Assembly: GCF_009931435.1 (NCBI RefSeq)
Contig: NZ_CP043414.1
Strand: one strand, 5' to 3'
DNA from: Escherichia coli
GTDB taxonomy: Bacteria; Pseudomonadota; Gammaproteobacteria; Enterobacterales; Enterobacteriaceae
Length of the DNA: 64,000 bases
The position numbers and the translations under genes are program-made. This document shows positions 1-10,621 of this stretch, in pieces (the first letter of the stretch is position 1; each line of letters starts with the position of its first letter). The notes beneath the pieces are model-generated. The model saw only the letters and a program-made list of their open reading frames with translations. It was not told where the DNA came from and did no database searches.

Positions 1-296
1 GTCTGCTGCCAGTCCTCCTTGCTGAGCTGATCGGTCGCGCCCATGCGCAAAATTCCCGCCGCATTGACCAGCACGTCCAGTCGCTCCGTTTGCGCTAACA
101 GTCGCTGACACACTTGCGCCACCTGCGCAGCGTCGGCTACATCCATTACTTCGGTCGCAAAGGGATATTGCTCCAGAGTGAACGCTTGATCAAAACCTGT
201 AACTTTCGCTCCGGCCTCAACAAATGCCAGCGCCGTGGCGTAGCCAATACCTTTCCCCGCGCCGGTTACCCAGACATTTTTGCCGCTGAAATCCAT
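1..296 (-). CDS. entA: 2,3-dihydro-2,3-dihydroxybenzoate dehydrogenase EntA, N-terminal part only (gene continues beyond the window start)
   Basis: Reverse-strand translation from the ATG at 296-294 gives MDFSGKNVWVTGAGKGIGY...AGILRMGATDQLSKEDWQQT; the start overlaps the entB stop (ATGA). Confidence 0.9.
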   Translation of the reverse strand, partial: MDFSGKNVWVTGAGKGIGYATALAFVEAGAKVTGFDQAFTLEQYPFATEVMDVADAAQVAQVCQRLLAQTERLDVLVNAAGILRMGATDQLSKEDWQQ

Positions 297-1153
297 CATT
301 TCACCTCGCGGGAGAGTAGCTTCCACCAGGCGTCGATGGTCGGATTTTTCGCCAGCATGACAAAATCGATATCGCCATGCACTTTGCGCCAGCGCGCCGC
401 CAGCGCCATCATGCGCACCGAATCCAGACCGTAATCAATTAGGTTGTCGTCATCGAAGGGTTCATCGGACTCGTCCAGCAACGGCAGGATCACCTCACGC
501 AGCGCCGATTTGCTGGCGGGGATAGGTGCTGGCAGCAATTCTTCGGTCATCACCACCCGGCCAGAACGTCCGGCCACATATTTCAGCGACATCAAATGCT
601 CGTCACGGCTGAAATCGGCCAGCGCATCTGCCACCATAAACGGTTTAATATCGCGCATAAATGCGTCGGTTGCGGTGGTCATACAGCCAATGTGGGCGTA
701 CACCCCGGTTATAATCAGTTGGTTACGTCCACTCTCTTTGAGCATTTGTTCCAGCGGAGAACGATGAAACGCGCTGTAGCGCCACTTCACCAACACCGTG
801 TCGTCGGCATCTGGCGTCAGGCGATCCACCACCTTTTGCTGTTCCGGTGAACGGGTCAGGCCCGGTCCCCACATATCATTCAACAGCGCCCGATCTTCAT
901 CGCTCTGCTCTTTCGGCTGGGCGGTGTAATAAACCGGAATATTGTGCTGTTTGCAGTAGTCGCGTAGTGCCGCAATATTCGCGATCACCTGCTCCATCAT
1001 CGGGCAGTTCTCGCCCCAGAAGCTAACAAAATAGTCCTGCATATCATGGATTAACAACGCGGCACGTTGCGGCTCAAAGGCCCAGTTGACTTTATTGTGC
1101 GGAATATCGTGAGACTCCGGCAGTGCGTAAGCCTGTAATTTTGGAATAGCCAT
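296..1153 (-). CDS. entB: Isochorismatase / aryl carrier protein EntB
   Basis: 285-aa ORF MAIPKLQAYALPESHDIPHNKVNW... recognised as EntB; position between entE and entA. Confidence 0.95.
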   Translation of the reverse strand: MAIPKLQAYALPESHDIPHNKVNWAFEPQRAALLIHDMQDYFVSFWGENCPMMEQVIANIAALRDYCKQHNIPVYYTAQPKEQSDEDRALLNDMWGPGLTRSPEQQKVVDRLTPDADDTVLVKWRYSAFHRSPLEQMLKESGRNQLIITGVYAHIGCMTTATDAFMRDIKPFMVADALADFSRDEHLMSLKYVAGRSGRVVMTEELLPAPIPASKSALREVILPLLDESDEPFDDDNLIDYGLDSVRMMALAARWRKVHGDIDFVMLAKNPTIDAWWKLLSREVK

Positions 1154-1166
1154 CGTGTTCTCTCCT

Positions 1167-2777
1167 TCAGGCTGATGCGCGTGACGCCAGCCACTGACGT
1201 AATTGTTTTTTATCGACTTTCCCGACCGCCGTCAGCGGAAGTGAATCTACACACTCCACGCGATCCGGTAATTTAAATTCGGCAATACCCTGTTCACGCA
1301 GGAAACGACGCACCTGTACCGCACGCAGTGGTTCTTTTACCACCAGATAAGCACAGCTTTTTTCGCCCATCAGCTCATCTTCCATGCTCACCAGTGCGGC
1401 GTAGATCACTGCCGGATGGCGCAGTAACAGGTTTTCGATCTCTTCGGCAGCGATCTTCTCGCCGCCACGGTTGATCTGATCTTTCTCGCGCCCCTGCACG
1501 GTGATGTACCCCTCTGGATCAATAGAGATCAGATCGCCGGAACAGTAAAAACCGTTGGCATCAAAGGCGCTGGCATTGTGCTGTGGACTTTTGTAATAGC
1601 CGCGGAAGGTGTACGGCCCGCGCGTCATCAGGCGTCCAACCTCCCCTTGCGGCAGTGGATTTCCGTCAGCATCGGCAACCCACACTTCATCATCCGGACA
1701 CATTGGATAGCCCTGGGTATGGATAATTTTTTCCGCGCTATCATCAAGACGGGTGTAGTTCACCAGCCCTTCCGCCATGCCGAATACCTGCTGTAACTGG
1801 CAGCCAATCTCTGCGGGAATACGCGCCGCAAGCGTGGCAGAAAGACGTGCGCCACCGACCTGTAACAGTTTCAGCGAGGCAAGCTGCGCCCGGCTTTCGC
1901 CTTCAGCCAGTGCCTGCAACCACAGGCTGACTGCTGGCGGCACCAGCGCGGTGACGTTCACCTGATGTTTTTCAATCAATGGGAAACAAAGCGTGGCGCT
2001 GGGGTCGGCAGCCAGAACGACAGTGCCGCCAGCGAGAAATACCCCCAACGATCCCGGCGAACTCATGGCGTAGTTATGAGCCGCCGGGATCGCGCACAGG
2101 TAGCGCGTTTGTTGCGTGAACTGACAAATCTCGACGCTACGACGCACGCTGTAGTAGTAGTCGTTATGAGTGCGCGGGATCAGTTTCGGTGTGCCGGTGG
2201 TGCCGCCGGAAAGCTGGAAATAGGCCACTTCATCAGCAGGAGATGGCGTGGCAGTAAAATCCTCAGCCGGATGGTTAATCGCATCCTGCAAGTTATGCTC
2301 ACCGCTGTCGTTCAGCAGTTGCACCACGCGAATGGAAGAATGCTCTGCAACAAATGTGTTGAGGAAATCATCCCCGCTAAACAGCGCATGTTGGCGATCG
2401 GCAATCAGTAACGCCGGTTCAATCTGGCTGGCATAGGCGTTCAGTTCACTACGCTGATGGCTGAACAGCGCCAGCACCGGCGCAACGCCCAGTTTCAGCA
2501 GCGCGAAAAAGGTAATATACAATTCAGCGACGTTACCCAGTTGTACCAGTGCGGTTTCACCGGGTTTAATGCCCTGACGACGCAAGCTACAGGCGAGATT
2601 ATCCGCCGCCTGATTCAGTTCCCGGTAACTCAACTGACGCTCGCCGTCGATGACCGCGATGCTGTCGCTCGCGGCATGACGGGTCAGAATGTCGGTCAGC
2701 GGCAAATCCTGCCAGTAGCCTTTTTCCCGATAGCGACGGGCAAACTCTTCCGGCCAGCGGGTGAATGGAATGCTCAT
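1167..2777 (-). CDS. entE: 2,3-dihydroxybenzoate-AMP ligase EntE
   Basis: 536-aa ORF with adenylation-domain motifs ([14 protein letters not shown]); operon context. Confidence 0.95.
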   Translation of the reverse strand: MSIPFTRWPEEFARRYREKGYWQDLPLTDILTRHAASDSIAVIDGERQLSYRELNQAADNLACSLRRQGIKPGETALVQLGNVAELYITFFALLKLGVAPVLALFSHQRSELNAYASQIEPALLIADRQHALFSGDDFLNTFVAEHSSIRVVQLLNDSGEHNLQDAINHPAEDFTATPSPADEVAYFQLSGGTTGTPKLIPRTHNDYYYSVRRSVEICQFTQQTRYLCAIPAAHNYAMSSPGSLGVFLAGGTVVLAADPSATLCFPLIEKHQVNVTALVPPAVSLWLQALAEGESRAQLASLKLLQVGGARLSATLAARIPAEIGCQLQQVFGMAEGLVNYTRLDDSAEKIIHTQGYPMCPDDEVWVADADGNPLPQGEVGRLMTRGPYTFRGYYKSPQHNASAFDANGFYCSGDLISIDPEGYITVQGREKDQINRGGEKIAAEEIENLLLRHPAVIYAALVSMEDELMGEKSCAYLVVKEPLRAVQVRRFLREQGIAEFKLPDRVECVDSLPLTAVGKVDKKQLRQWLASRASA

Positions 2778-2786
2778 CCTCGCTCC

Positions 2787-3962
<1,176 letters not shown>

Positions 3963-3976
3963 ATCATCCTCCACAA

Positions 3977-4010
3977 AATGATAAAGGCTTTAATAATGAT
4001 TATCATTTAT
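3977..4010. promoter_or_regulatory. Fur box in the divergent entCEBA / fepB promoter region
   Basis: Sequence aatgataaaggctttaataatgattatcatttat contains a near-consensus Fur site (ATAATGATTATCATT); a second weaker match (acaatgaaaatgagaagcattaac) lies at about 4100-4126. Confidence 0.6.
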
Positions 4011-4150
4011 ATTTTCGGTCGCTAACCTAAAAGCAAACGAGCACTATGTCAACTCTTGAGGTAACGCAATCTGCAAGTCGGGGTTGCATCTGCTTGTGGT
4101 TACAATGAAAATGAGAAGCATTAACTTCATTAATAACAGGAAGCTGATTT

Positions 4151-5107
4151 GTGAGACTCGCCCCGCTCTACCGCAACGCCCTTCTTTTAACCGGACTTTT
4201 GCTTTCAGGAATATCTGCAGTTCAGGCTGCCGACTGGCCGCGTCAGATTACTGACAGTCGTGGTACTCATACCCTGGAAAGCCAGCCGCAGCGTATTGTT
4301 TCCACCAGCGTCACCCTGACCGGCTCACTGCTGGCGATTGATGCACCAGTGATCGCTAGCGGCGCGACCACGCCGAATAACCGCGTAGCGGATGACCAGG
4401 GTTTTTTACGCCAGTGGAGCAAGGTGGCGAAAGAACGCAAACTGCAACGGCTCTATATCGGTGAACCAAGTGCCGAAGCGGTGGCCGCGCAAATGCCGGA
4501 TCTGATTTTAATTAGCGCAACCGGCGGTGATTCGGCGCTGGCGCTATACGATCAGCTTTCCACTATCGCACCAACGTTAATCATCAATTACGACGATAAA
4601 AGCTGGCAGTCGCTGTTAACGCAACTTGGCGAAATTACCGGGCATGAGAAACAAGCGGCAGAGCGGATCGCGCAGTTTGATAAGCAACTGACGGCGGCGA
4701 AAGAGCAAATCAAATTACCGCCGCAGCCGGTCACTGCCATTGTCTATACCGCCGCCGCGCACAGTGCCAATCTCTGGACAGCTGAATCAGCACAAGGGCA
4801 GATGCTGGAACAACTCGGCTTTACGCTGGCCAGGTTGCCCGCAGGCTTAAACGCCAGCCAAAGCCAGGGCAAACGCCATGACATCATTCAGCTTGGTGGG
4901 GAAAATCTGGCGGCAGGGTTAAATGGCGAGTCGCTATTCCTGTTCGCCGGTGATCAGAAAGACGCCGATGCGATTTATGCCAATCCACTGCTCGCGCACC
5001 TGCCTGCAGTACAAAACAAGCAGGTTTATGCGCTGGGAACCGAGACGTTCCGACTGGATTACTACAGCGCCATGCAAGTGCTGGATCGGCTTAAGGCGCT
5101 GTTCTAA
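4151..5107 (+). CDS. fepB: Ferric enterobactin periplasmic binding protein FepB
   Basis: 318-aa [23 protein letters not shown]... with GTG start and signal peptide; recognised as FepB. Confidence 0.92.
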   Translation: MRLAPLYRNALLLTGLLLSGISAVQAADWPRQITDSRGTHTLESQPQRIVSTSVTLTGSLLAIDAPVIASGATTPNNRVADDQGFLRQWSKVAKERKLQRLYIGEPSAEAVAAQMPDLILISATGGDSALALYDQLSTIAPTLIINYDDKSWQSLLTQLGEITGHEKQAAERIAQFDKQLTAAKEQIKLPPQPVTAIVYTAAAHSANLWTAESAQGQMLEQLGFTLARLPAGLNASQSQGKRHDIIQLGGENLAAGLNGESLFLFAGDQKDADAIYANPLLAHLPAVQNKQVYALGTETFRLDYYSAMQVLDRLKALF

Positions 5108-5110
5108 GCA

Positions 5111-6361
5111 TTAACTGTCAGACGCTGTCACCTGCGGCGGCGTCTGGCGAAAACGACGCAACTCCACCAGTACCAGCAACAACAACACGCCGATAATCAA
5201 CAAACCAAAACCACTCGCGCTTGCGGAGGCCACCGGCGTCATCATCGCTCCCAGACCGCCCAACAGCGCTGCGCCTATAGCATCGCCCGTCACGTTTTGT
5301 GCCGTCCACAAACCGTTAATCCGCCCTAACATCGCTTCCGGGGTTTGCGTTTGCAGCATTGTGTATTGCAGCAACGAACTAACCGCGCTCAACCAGCCGA
5401 ACAGCGCCAGACAAACCACGCCTAAAATCCACATCGGCATCAGGCCAAACAAACCAATGGCGAGGAACGATCCCAGAGTGGAGAGCAGCATCAATAACCC
5501 TGGTCGCGCACTATGTGCCAGCTTCCCGCTGGTTAACGCGCCAATAGCTGCACCGAGCGGGATCGCCGCATAGAGAAAACCAATCTGTGCCGCCGACATC
5601 TGCCAGTTGTCAGCCAGCGCCGGATACAGTACCCGTACCGCGCTCGCCATCGTCAATAATCCCCCCAGCAGTGCAATCCCTCCCACCAGCGGGCTGGCGA
5701 GCAGAAAACGAAATCCTGCCAGTAATGATTTCAACGGATGCTCACGCGGTTGCGGTGGCGGAGGTAGCGCCGGAAGGCTTAACAACGGTAGCAAGGTAAT
5801 AAACGTGCCCGCCGCCGCCAGCCCGTAGTTCCAGGCTACGCCGCCAGTCGCCAGCAGTAAGCCGCCAATCATGGGCGAAATTACCGATCCCAGCCGCACG
5901 GTCAACATGGTGATTGCCCCGGCCTGCATTAAATTTTCACGCCCAACTAATGCCGGAGTCGCCGCCAGAAGCGCCGTAACGCCAAGTGACGCGAAAAAGC
6001 CATCCCATAATCCGAGTAAATAGATTGCCAGCAAAGACGGCTCCGGCAGCAACGCGTTCAGGCACAGACCAATGAAGCCAATGCCACAGGTGCCGCGCGC
6101 CAGCAAAATCACTTTTTTGCGCTCATAGCGATCCGCCAGCACACCGCCGACCATCAAGCCGACAAACATCGCCCCGCCGGTCAGCGTCACCGAAAGCCCC
6201 ACCTGCCAGGTAGAATGCGTCATCATCTGGATCTGCACTGGCACCGCGACGCCGAGCAAACCCAGAGAAACAATAGAGATAAAACGAGCGAGGAATACTG
6301 CGCGAAACGCCGGGTGCGTTTTCAACAGGCTGAGGTTAAGCAGCCAGGATTGTTTATTCAT
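5111..6361 (-). CDS. entS: Enterobactin exporter EntS (MFS transporter)
   Basis: 416-aa hydrophobic multi-pass [30 protein letters not shown]...; locus context. Confidence 0.92.
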
Positions 6362-6434
6362 TACAATGCCTTGCCATCAAATATTTTAAATACCTATTCT
6401 TAGGCTGCACATGCTAACATATCCAAATAAGATC

Positions 6435-6459
6435 GATAACGATAATTAATTTCATTATC
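6435..6459. promoter_or_regulatory. Fur box in the divergent entS / fepDGC promoter region
   Basis: gataacgataattaatttcattatc resembles the Fur consensus GATAATGATAATCATTATC. Confidence 0.6.
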
Positions 6460-6471
6460 ATGGAAGTTCGT

Positions 6472-7476
6472 ATGTCTGGTTCTGTTGCCGTGACACGCGC
6501 CATTGCCGTGCCCGGATTGCTGTTATTACTGATTATCGCGACGGCATTAAGCCTGCTCATTGGGGCAAAATCACTCCCCGCTTCCGTAGTACTGGAGGCC
6601 CTCTCCGGCACCTGCCAGAGCGCCGACTGCACCATCGTGCTCGACGCGCGACTGCCGCGCACCCTTGCCGGTTTACTGGCAGGCGGCGCGCTTGGGCTTG
6701 CCGGGGCGTTAATGCAAACCCTCACCCGAAACCCACTTGCCGACCCCGGCTTGCTTGGCGTGAACGCCGGGGCCAGCTTTGCCATTGTGCTGGGCGCGGC
6801 GCTGTTTGGTTACTCATCCGCGCAGGAACAACTGGCGATGGCCTTCGCCGGGGCGCTGGTGGCCTCGTTGATTGTTGCCTTTACTGGCAGCCAGGGCGGT
6901 GGGCAGTTAAGTCCGGTGCGTTTAACTCTGGCGGGCGTGGCGCTGGCGGCAGTGCTGGAAGGGCTGACCAGCGGCATCGCCCTGCTTAATCCCGACGTCT
7001 ACGATCAACTGCGTTTCTGGCAAGCCGGTTCGCTGGATATTCGTAATTTACACACCTTAAAAGTAGTGCTGATCCCGGTGCTGATCGCTGGAGCAACTGC
7101 ACTATTACTGAGCCGCGCGCTGAACAGTTTAAGCCTCGGCAGTGACACCGCGACGGCGCTGGGCAGTCGCGTAGCACGCACGCAGTTGATTGGCCTACTG
7201 GCGATTACCGTGCTTTGTGGTAGTGCGACGGCGGTAGTTGGCCCGATTGCCTTTATTGGCCTGATGATGCCGCATATGGCGCGCTGGCTGGTAGGTGCCG
7301 ATCATCGCTGGTCGCTGCCCGTCACGCTGCTCGCCACACCTGCCCTGCTGCTGTTTGCCGATATTATCGGGCGGGTGATTGTTCCCGGCGAACTGCGCGT
7401 TTCTGTAGTCAGTGCCTTTATTGGCGCACCAGTGCTGATCTTCCTTGTACGACGTAAAACGCGAGGTGGCGCATGA
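6472..7476 (+). CDS. fepD: Ferric enterobactin ABC transporter permease FepD
   Basis: ORF containing MSGSVAVTRAIAVPGLLLLLIIATALS...; start placed at the internal ATG at 6472; stop overlaps the fepG start. Confidence 0.9.
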   Translation: MSGSVAVTRAIAVPGLLLLLIIATALSLLIGAKSLPASVVLEALSGTCQSADCTIVLDARLPRTLAGLLAGGALGLAGALMQTLTRNPLADPGLLGVNAGASFAIVLGAALFGYSSAQEQLAMAFAGALVASLIVAFTGSQGGGQLSPVRLTLAGVALAAVLEGLTSGIALLNPDVYDQLRFWQAGSLDIRNLHTLKVVLIPVLIAGATALLLSRALNSLSLGSDTATALGSRVARTQLIGLLAITVLCGSATAVVGPIAFIGLMMPHMARWLVGADHRWSLPVTLLATPALLLFADIIGRVIVPGELRVSVVSAFIGAPVLIFLVRRKTRGGA

Positions 7477-8465
7477 TTTACGTCTCTCGTCGATTAATTA
7501 TCACCTGTCTGCTGTTGCTAATAGCTTGTGTGATGGCAAGCGTGTGGGGATTACGCAGCGGTGCCGTCACGCTGGAAACCTCTCAGGTATTTGCCGCGCT
7601 GATGGGTGACGCACCGCGCAGTATGACAATGGTGGTCACCGAATGGCGTTTACCGCGGGTACTAATGGCACTGTTGATTGGTGCGGCACTGGGCGTCAGC
7701 GGCGCGATTTTTCAGTCGTTGATGCGTAACCCACTCGGCAGCCCTGACGTAATGGGCTTTAACACCGGAGCGTGGAGCGGCGTGCTGGTAGCGATGGTGC
7801 TGTTTGGTCAGGACCTGACGGCTATCGCACTGGCAGCAATGGCGGGCGGCATTGTCACTTCGCTGTTAGTCTGGCTGCTTGCCTGGCGTAACGGTATCGA
7901 CACTTTTCGGTTGATTATTATCGGCATCGGTGTTCGCGCCATGCTGGTGGCCTTTAATACCTGGCTGTTGCTGAAAGCGTCATTAGAAACGGCGCTAACA
8001 GCGGGTTTGTGGAATGCCGGATCGCTCAATGGCCTGACGTGGGCAAAAACCTCGCCCTCCGCGCCCATCATTATATTGATGCTAATTGCCGCCGCCTTAC
8101 TGGTAAGGCGGATGCGCTTGCTGGAGATGGGTGATGACACCGCGTGTGCGTTAGGCGTCAGCGTCGAACGTTCACGGCTGTTAATGATGCTGGTCGCCGT
8201 AGTACTTACCGCAGCTGCCACTGCCCTGGCGGGGCCGATTTCCTTTATTGCTTTAGTCGCGCCACACATTGCCCGCCGTATCAGCGGCACCGCTCGCTGG
8301 GGTCTAACCCAGGCAGCGCTGTGCGGTGCGCTGTTACTGCTGGCAGCCGATCTCTGTGCTCAACAACTGTTTATGCCGTATCAACTTCCGGTTGGCGTTG
8401 TTACCGTCAGCCTCGGCGGTATTTACCTTATCGTCTTGTTAATTCAGGAGTCTCGCAAAAAATGA
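7473..8465 (+). CDS. fepG: Ferric enterobactin ABC transporter permease FepG
   Basis: 330-aa ORF; ATGA overlap with the fepD stop and the fepC start. Confidence 0.92.
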   Translation: MIYVSRRLIITCLLLLIACVMASVWGLRSGAVTLETSQVFAALMGDAPRSMTMVVTEWRLPRVLMALLIGAALGVSGAIFQSLMRNPLGSPDVMGFNTGAWSGVLVAMVLFGQDLTAIALAAMAGGIVTSLLVWLLAWRNGIDTFRLIIIGIGVRAMLVAFNTWLLLKASLETALTAGLWNAGSLNGLTWAKTSPSAPIIILMLIAAALLVRRMRLLEMGDDTACALGVSVERSRLLMMLVAVVLTAAATALAGPISFIALVAPHIARRISGTARWGLTQAALCGALLLLAADLCAQQLFMPYQLPVGVVTVSLGGIYLIVLLIQESRKK

Positions 8466-9277
8466 CCGAATCAGTAGCCCGTTTGCGCGGCGAACAGTTA
8501 ACCCTCGGATATGGCAAATATACCGTTGCGGAAAATCTGACTGTAGAAATTCCTGATGGTCACTTCACAGCGATTATCGGGCCAAATGGCTGCGGTAAAT
8601 CCACGTTACTGCGTACCTTAAGCCGCCTGATGACGCCTGCTCACGGGCATGTCTGGCTGGATGGCGAGCACATTCAACATTACGCCAGTAAAGAGGTCGC
8701 ACGCCGGATTGGTTTACTGGCGCAAAACGCCACCACGCCGGGAGATATCACCGTGCAGGAGTTAGTAGCGCGCGGGCGTTACCCGCATCAACCGCTGTTT
8801 ACCCGCTGGCGTAAAGAAGATGAAGAAGCGGTAACGAAAGCGATGCAGGCCACAGGAATAACTCATCTGGCAAATCAAAGCGTTGATACCCTCTCCGGTG
8901 GGCAACGTCAGCGAGCGTGGATCGCGATGGTGCTGGCCCAGGAAACGGCAATTATGCTACTCGACGAACCCACCACCTGGCTGGATATCAGTCATCAGAT
9001 TGATTTGCTGGAATTGTTAAGCGAACTGAACCGCGAGAAAGGCTATACCCTGGCGGCGGTACTGCACGATCTTAATCAGGCCTGTCGGTACGCTAGCCAT
9101 TTGATTGCATTACGTGAAGGGAAAATTGTCGCTCAAGGAGCACCAAAAGAAATAGTCACTGCTGAACTGATTGAGCGTATTTATGGTTTGCGTTGCATGA
9201 TCATTGACGATCCGGTAGCCGGAACTCCGCTTGTGGTGCCGCTCGGACGAACGGCACCTTCAACCGCGAAGATTTAA
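8462..9277 (+). CDS. fepC: Ferric enterobactin ABC transporter ATPase FepC
   Basis: Internal ATG at 8462 gives MTESVARLRGEQLTLGYGKYTV... with Walker A GPNGCGKST and signature LSGGQRQR; the longer 8144 ORF start was rejected because it lies inside fepG. Confidence 0.92.
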   Translation: MTESVARLRGEQLTLGYGKYTVAENLTVEIPDGHFTAIIGPNGCGKSTLLRTLSRLMTPAHGHVWLDGEHIQHYASKEVARRIGLLAQNATTPGDITVQELVARGRYPHQPLFTRWRKEDEEAVTKAMQATGITHLANQSVDTLSGGQRQRAWIAMVLAQETAIMLLDEPTTWLDISHQIDLLELLSELNREKGYTLAAVLHDLNQACRYASHLIALREGKIVAQGAPKEIVTAELIERIYGLRCMIIDDPVAGTPLVVPLGRTAPSTAKI

Positions 9278-10407
9278 ACTAAGTGGTCTGCCATCATGGC
9301 ATCCTGTTTTCTGGATGCCATGGCATGGCGCAACAGCACGCTACCACAAGCCACCATACCGCCGATCAACGCAGAAAGGATCACGATAATCGCCTTACCC
9401 GGACCATCTTTTTTTACCGGTAATGACGGACGCAACTGATATTTAAACGGCGTAAAATTCACATCGTTGACATTTGTTTTTGTTAATTGCTCGACTAGAT
9501 ACTGACGATTACGTAATTCACCATTCAGCTCCGCAACGTCAGTGACCGCTTTTTCAATTTCCAGTTTACGTTCAATACCGTCTGCGCCGAGAGAAATAGA
9601 AAAGTCGGGGTCATCTTTAACTGCCTGACCATTGCTATAAACGGGCTTTTTAATTCCTGCCGCGTTGGCAATGTCGAGTGAATAATTGAGGCGCTGAATG
9701 TTTGCATCAAGTTGGTTTTTCGTTTTAATGCGATCCTGAGCCAGTTTTTCTTTTTCAAACTGGGTTTTGATTTCCAGTTTATTACGGACGTTTTCTAGCG
9801 ACTCTTTCACCACCAACGCAGAGATATAATCGATATACCCGCTCAAAACGGTCTGCGCCTCTTCACTGGTTGGCGCGGTGAAACTTAGCGTCCAGGAGGC
9901 ATACAGTGACGGTTCATCTTTTTTCTTACTGGCATTGTCATCAACCGCTTTCATTTTTTCGCTCAATGCGACGATAGCGCGATGCAAATCCAGTTCGTCG
10001 ATTTTCGCCTCTTTTAATTGGTCCATCACATAAGGTGATGAGCGCAGGTACTCTTCCAGTAAGCTAACAGACTGAAACTTCTTGATAAACAGGTTAAATG
10101 CTTCTGTACGATCAATTTTGATATCCAGATCCAGCACACGAAGCTTAGTGAATGTTTTCTCAAGCGCCTGCCACTGAACAGGTTCTGGAGGCGTGACAAC
10201 CGCCGCGCTGGTCCATTTTTGCGGCAGGATGAAAGAGATCAGTAAACCTGCGCAGGCAAACGCAAAAACGACCGCCATGACCGTTTTTTTGGCCCGCCAT
10301 AAAACTTCAATTAGATTAAGTAAATCAATTTCATTATTACTGGGCGACGCCAGAGGATACTCGGGAAAATGAGCGTCACTTCCCTGTTTAATATTCAGTG
10401 ATGACAT
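9274..10407 (-). CDS. fepE: Polysaccharide co-polymerase family protein FepE
   Basis: ORF containing MSSLNIKQGSDAHFPEYPLASPSNNEIDLLNLIEVLW...; start at the ATG at 10407-10405; convergent 4-nt overlap with the fepC stop. Confidence 0.88.
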   Translation of the reverse strand: MSSLNIKQGSDAHFPEYPLASPSNNEIDLLNLIEVLWRAKKTVMAVVFAFACAGLLISFILPQKWTSAAVVTPPEPVQWQALEKTFTKLRVLDLDIKIDRTEAFNLFIKKFQSVSLLEEYLRSSPYVMDQLKEAKIDELDLHRAIVALSEKMKAVDDNASKKKDEPSLYASWTLSFTAPTSEEAQTVLSGYIDYISALVVKESLENVRNKLEIKTQFEKEKLAQDRIKTKNQLDANIQRLNYSLDIANAAGIKKPVYSNGQAVKDDPDFSISLGADGIERKLEIEKAVTDVAELNGELRNRQYLVEQLTKTNVNDVNFTPFKYQLRPSLPVKKDGPGKAIIVILSALIGGMVACGSVLLRHAMASRKQDAMMADHLV

Positions 10408-10571
10408 GCGGTATAACCTGAAATGGGTCCAATAAGAGTAAATCTCCACGGCCCCCACTTTACCAGTTGGTGAGATTTATCCGAAGCTGAAGTTTGTAAA
10501 TTCCTCCCACTGAATGCAACATTCACTCTATTTCAGAGAAATATCCGTTAAATTGATAAATTAAATAAATA

Positions 10572-10608
10572 ATAAACCCATAATCATTTATTGTAATTAT
10601 GGGTTTAT
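10572..10608 (-). terminator. Perfect 13-bp inverted repeat hairpin downstream of entF (candidate intrinsic terminator)
   Basis: ataaacccataat (10572-10584) and attatgggtttat (10596-10608) are exact reverse complements with an 11-nt loop, in an AT-rich spacer immediately after the entF stop. Confidence 0.5.
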
Positions 10609-10621
10609 AGATAATATAAAT

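Noticed and set aside
8144-8461. N-terminal extension of the fepC ORF (track start at 8144)
   Set aside because: The extension overlaps the 3' half of fepG; the internal ATG at 8462 gives the conserved ATGA overlap and a product starting MTESVARL.
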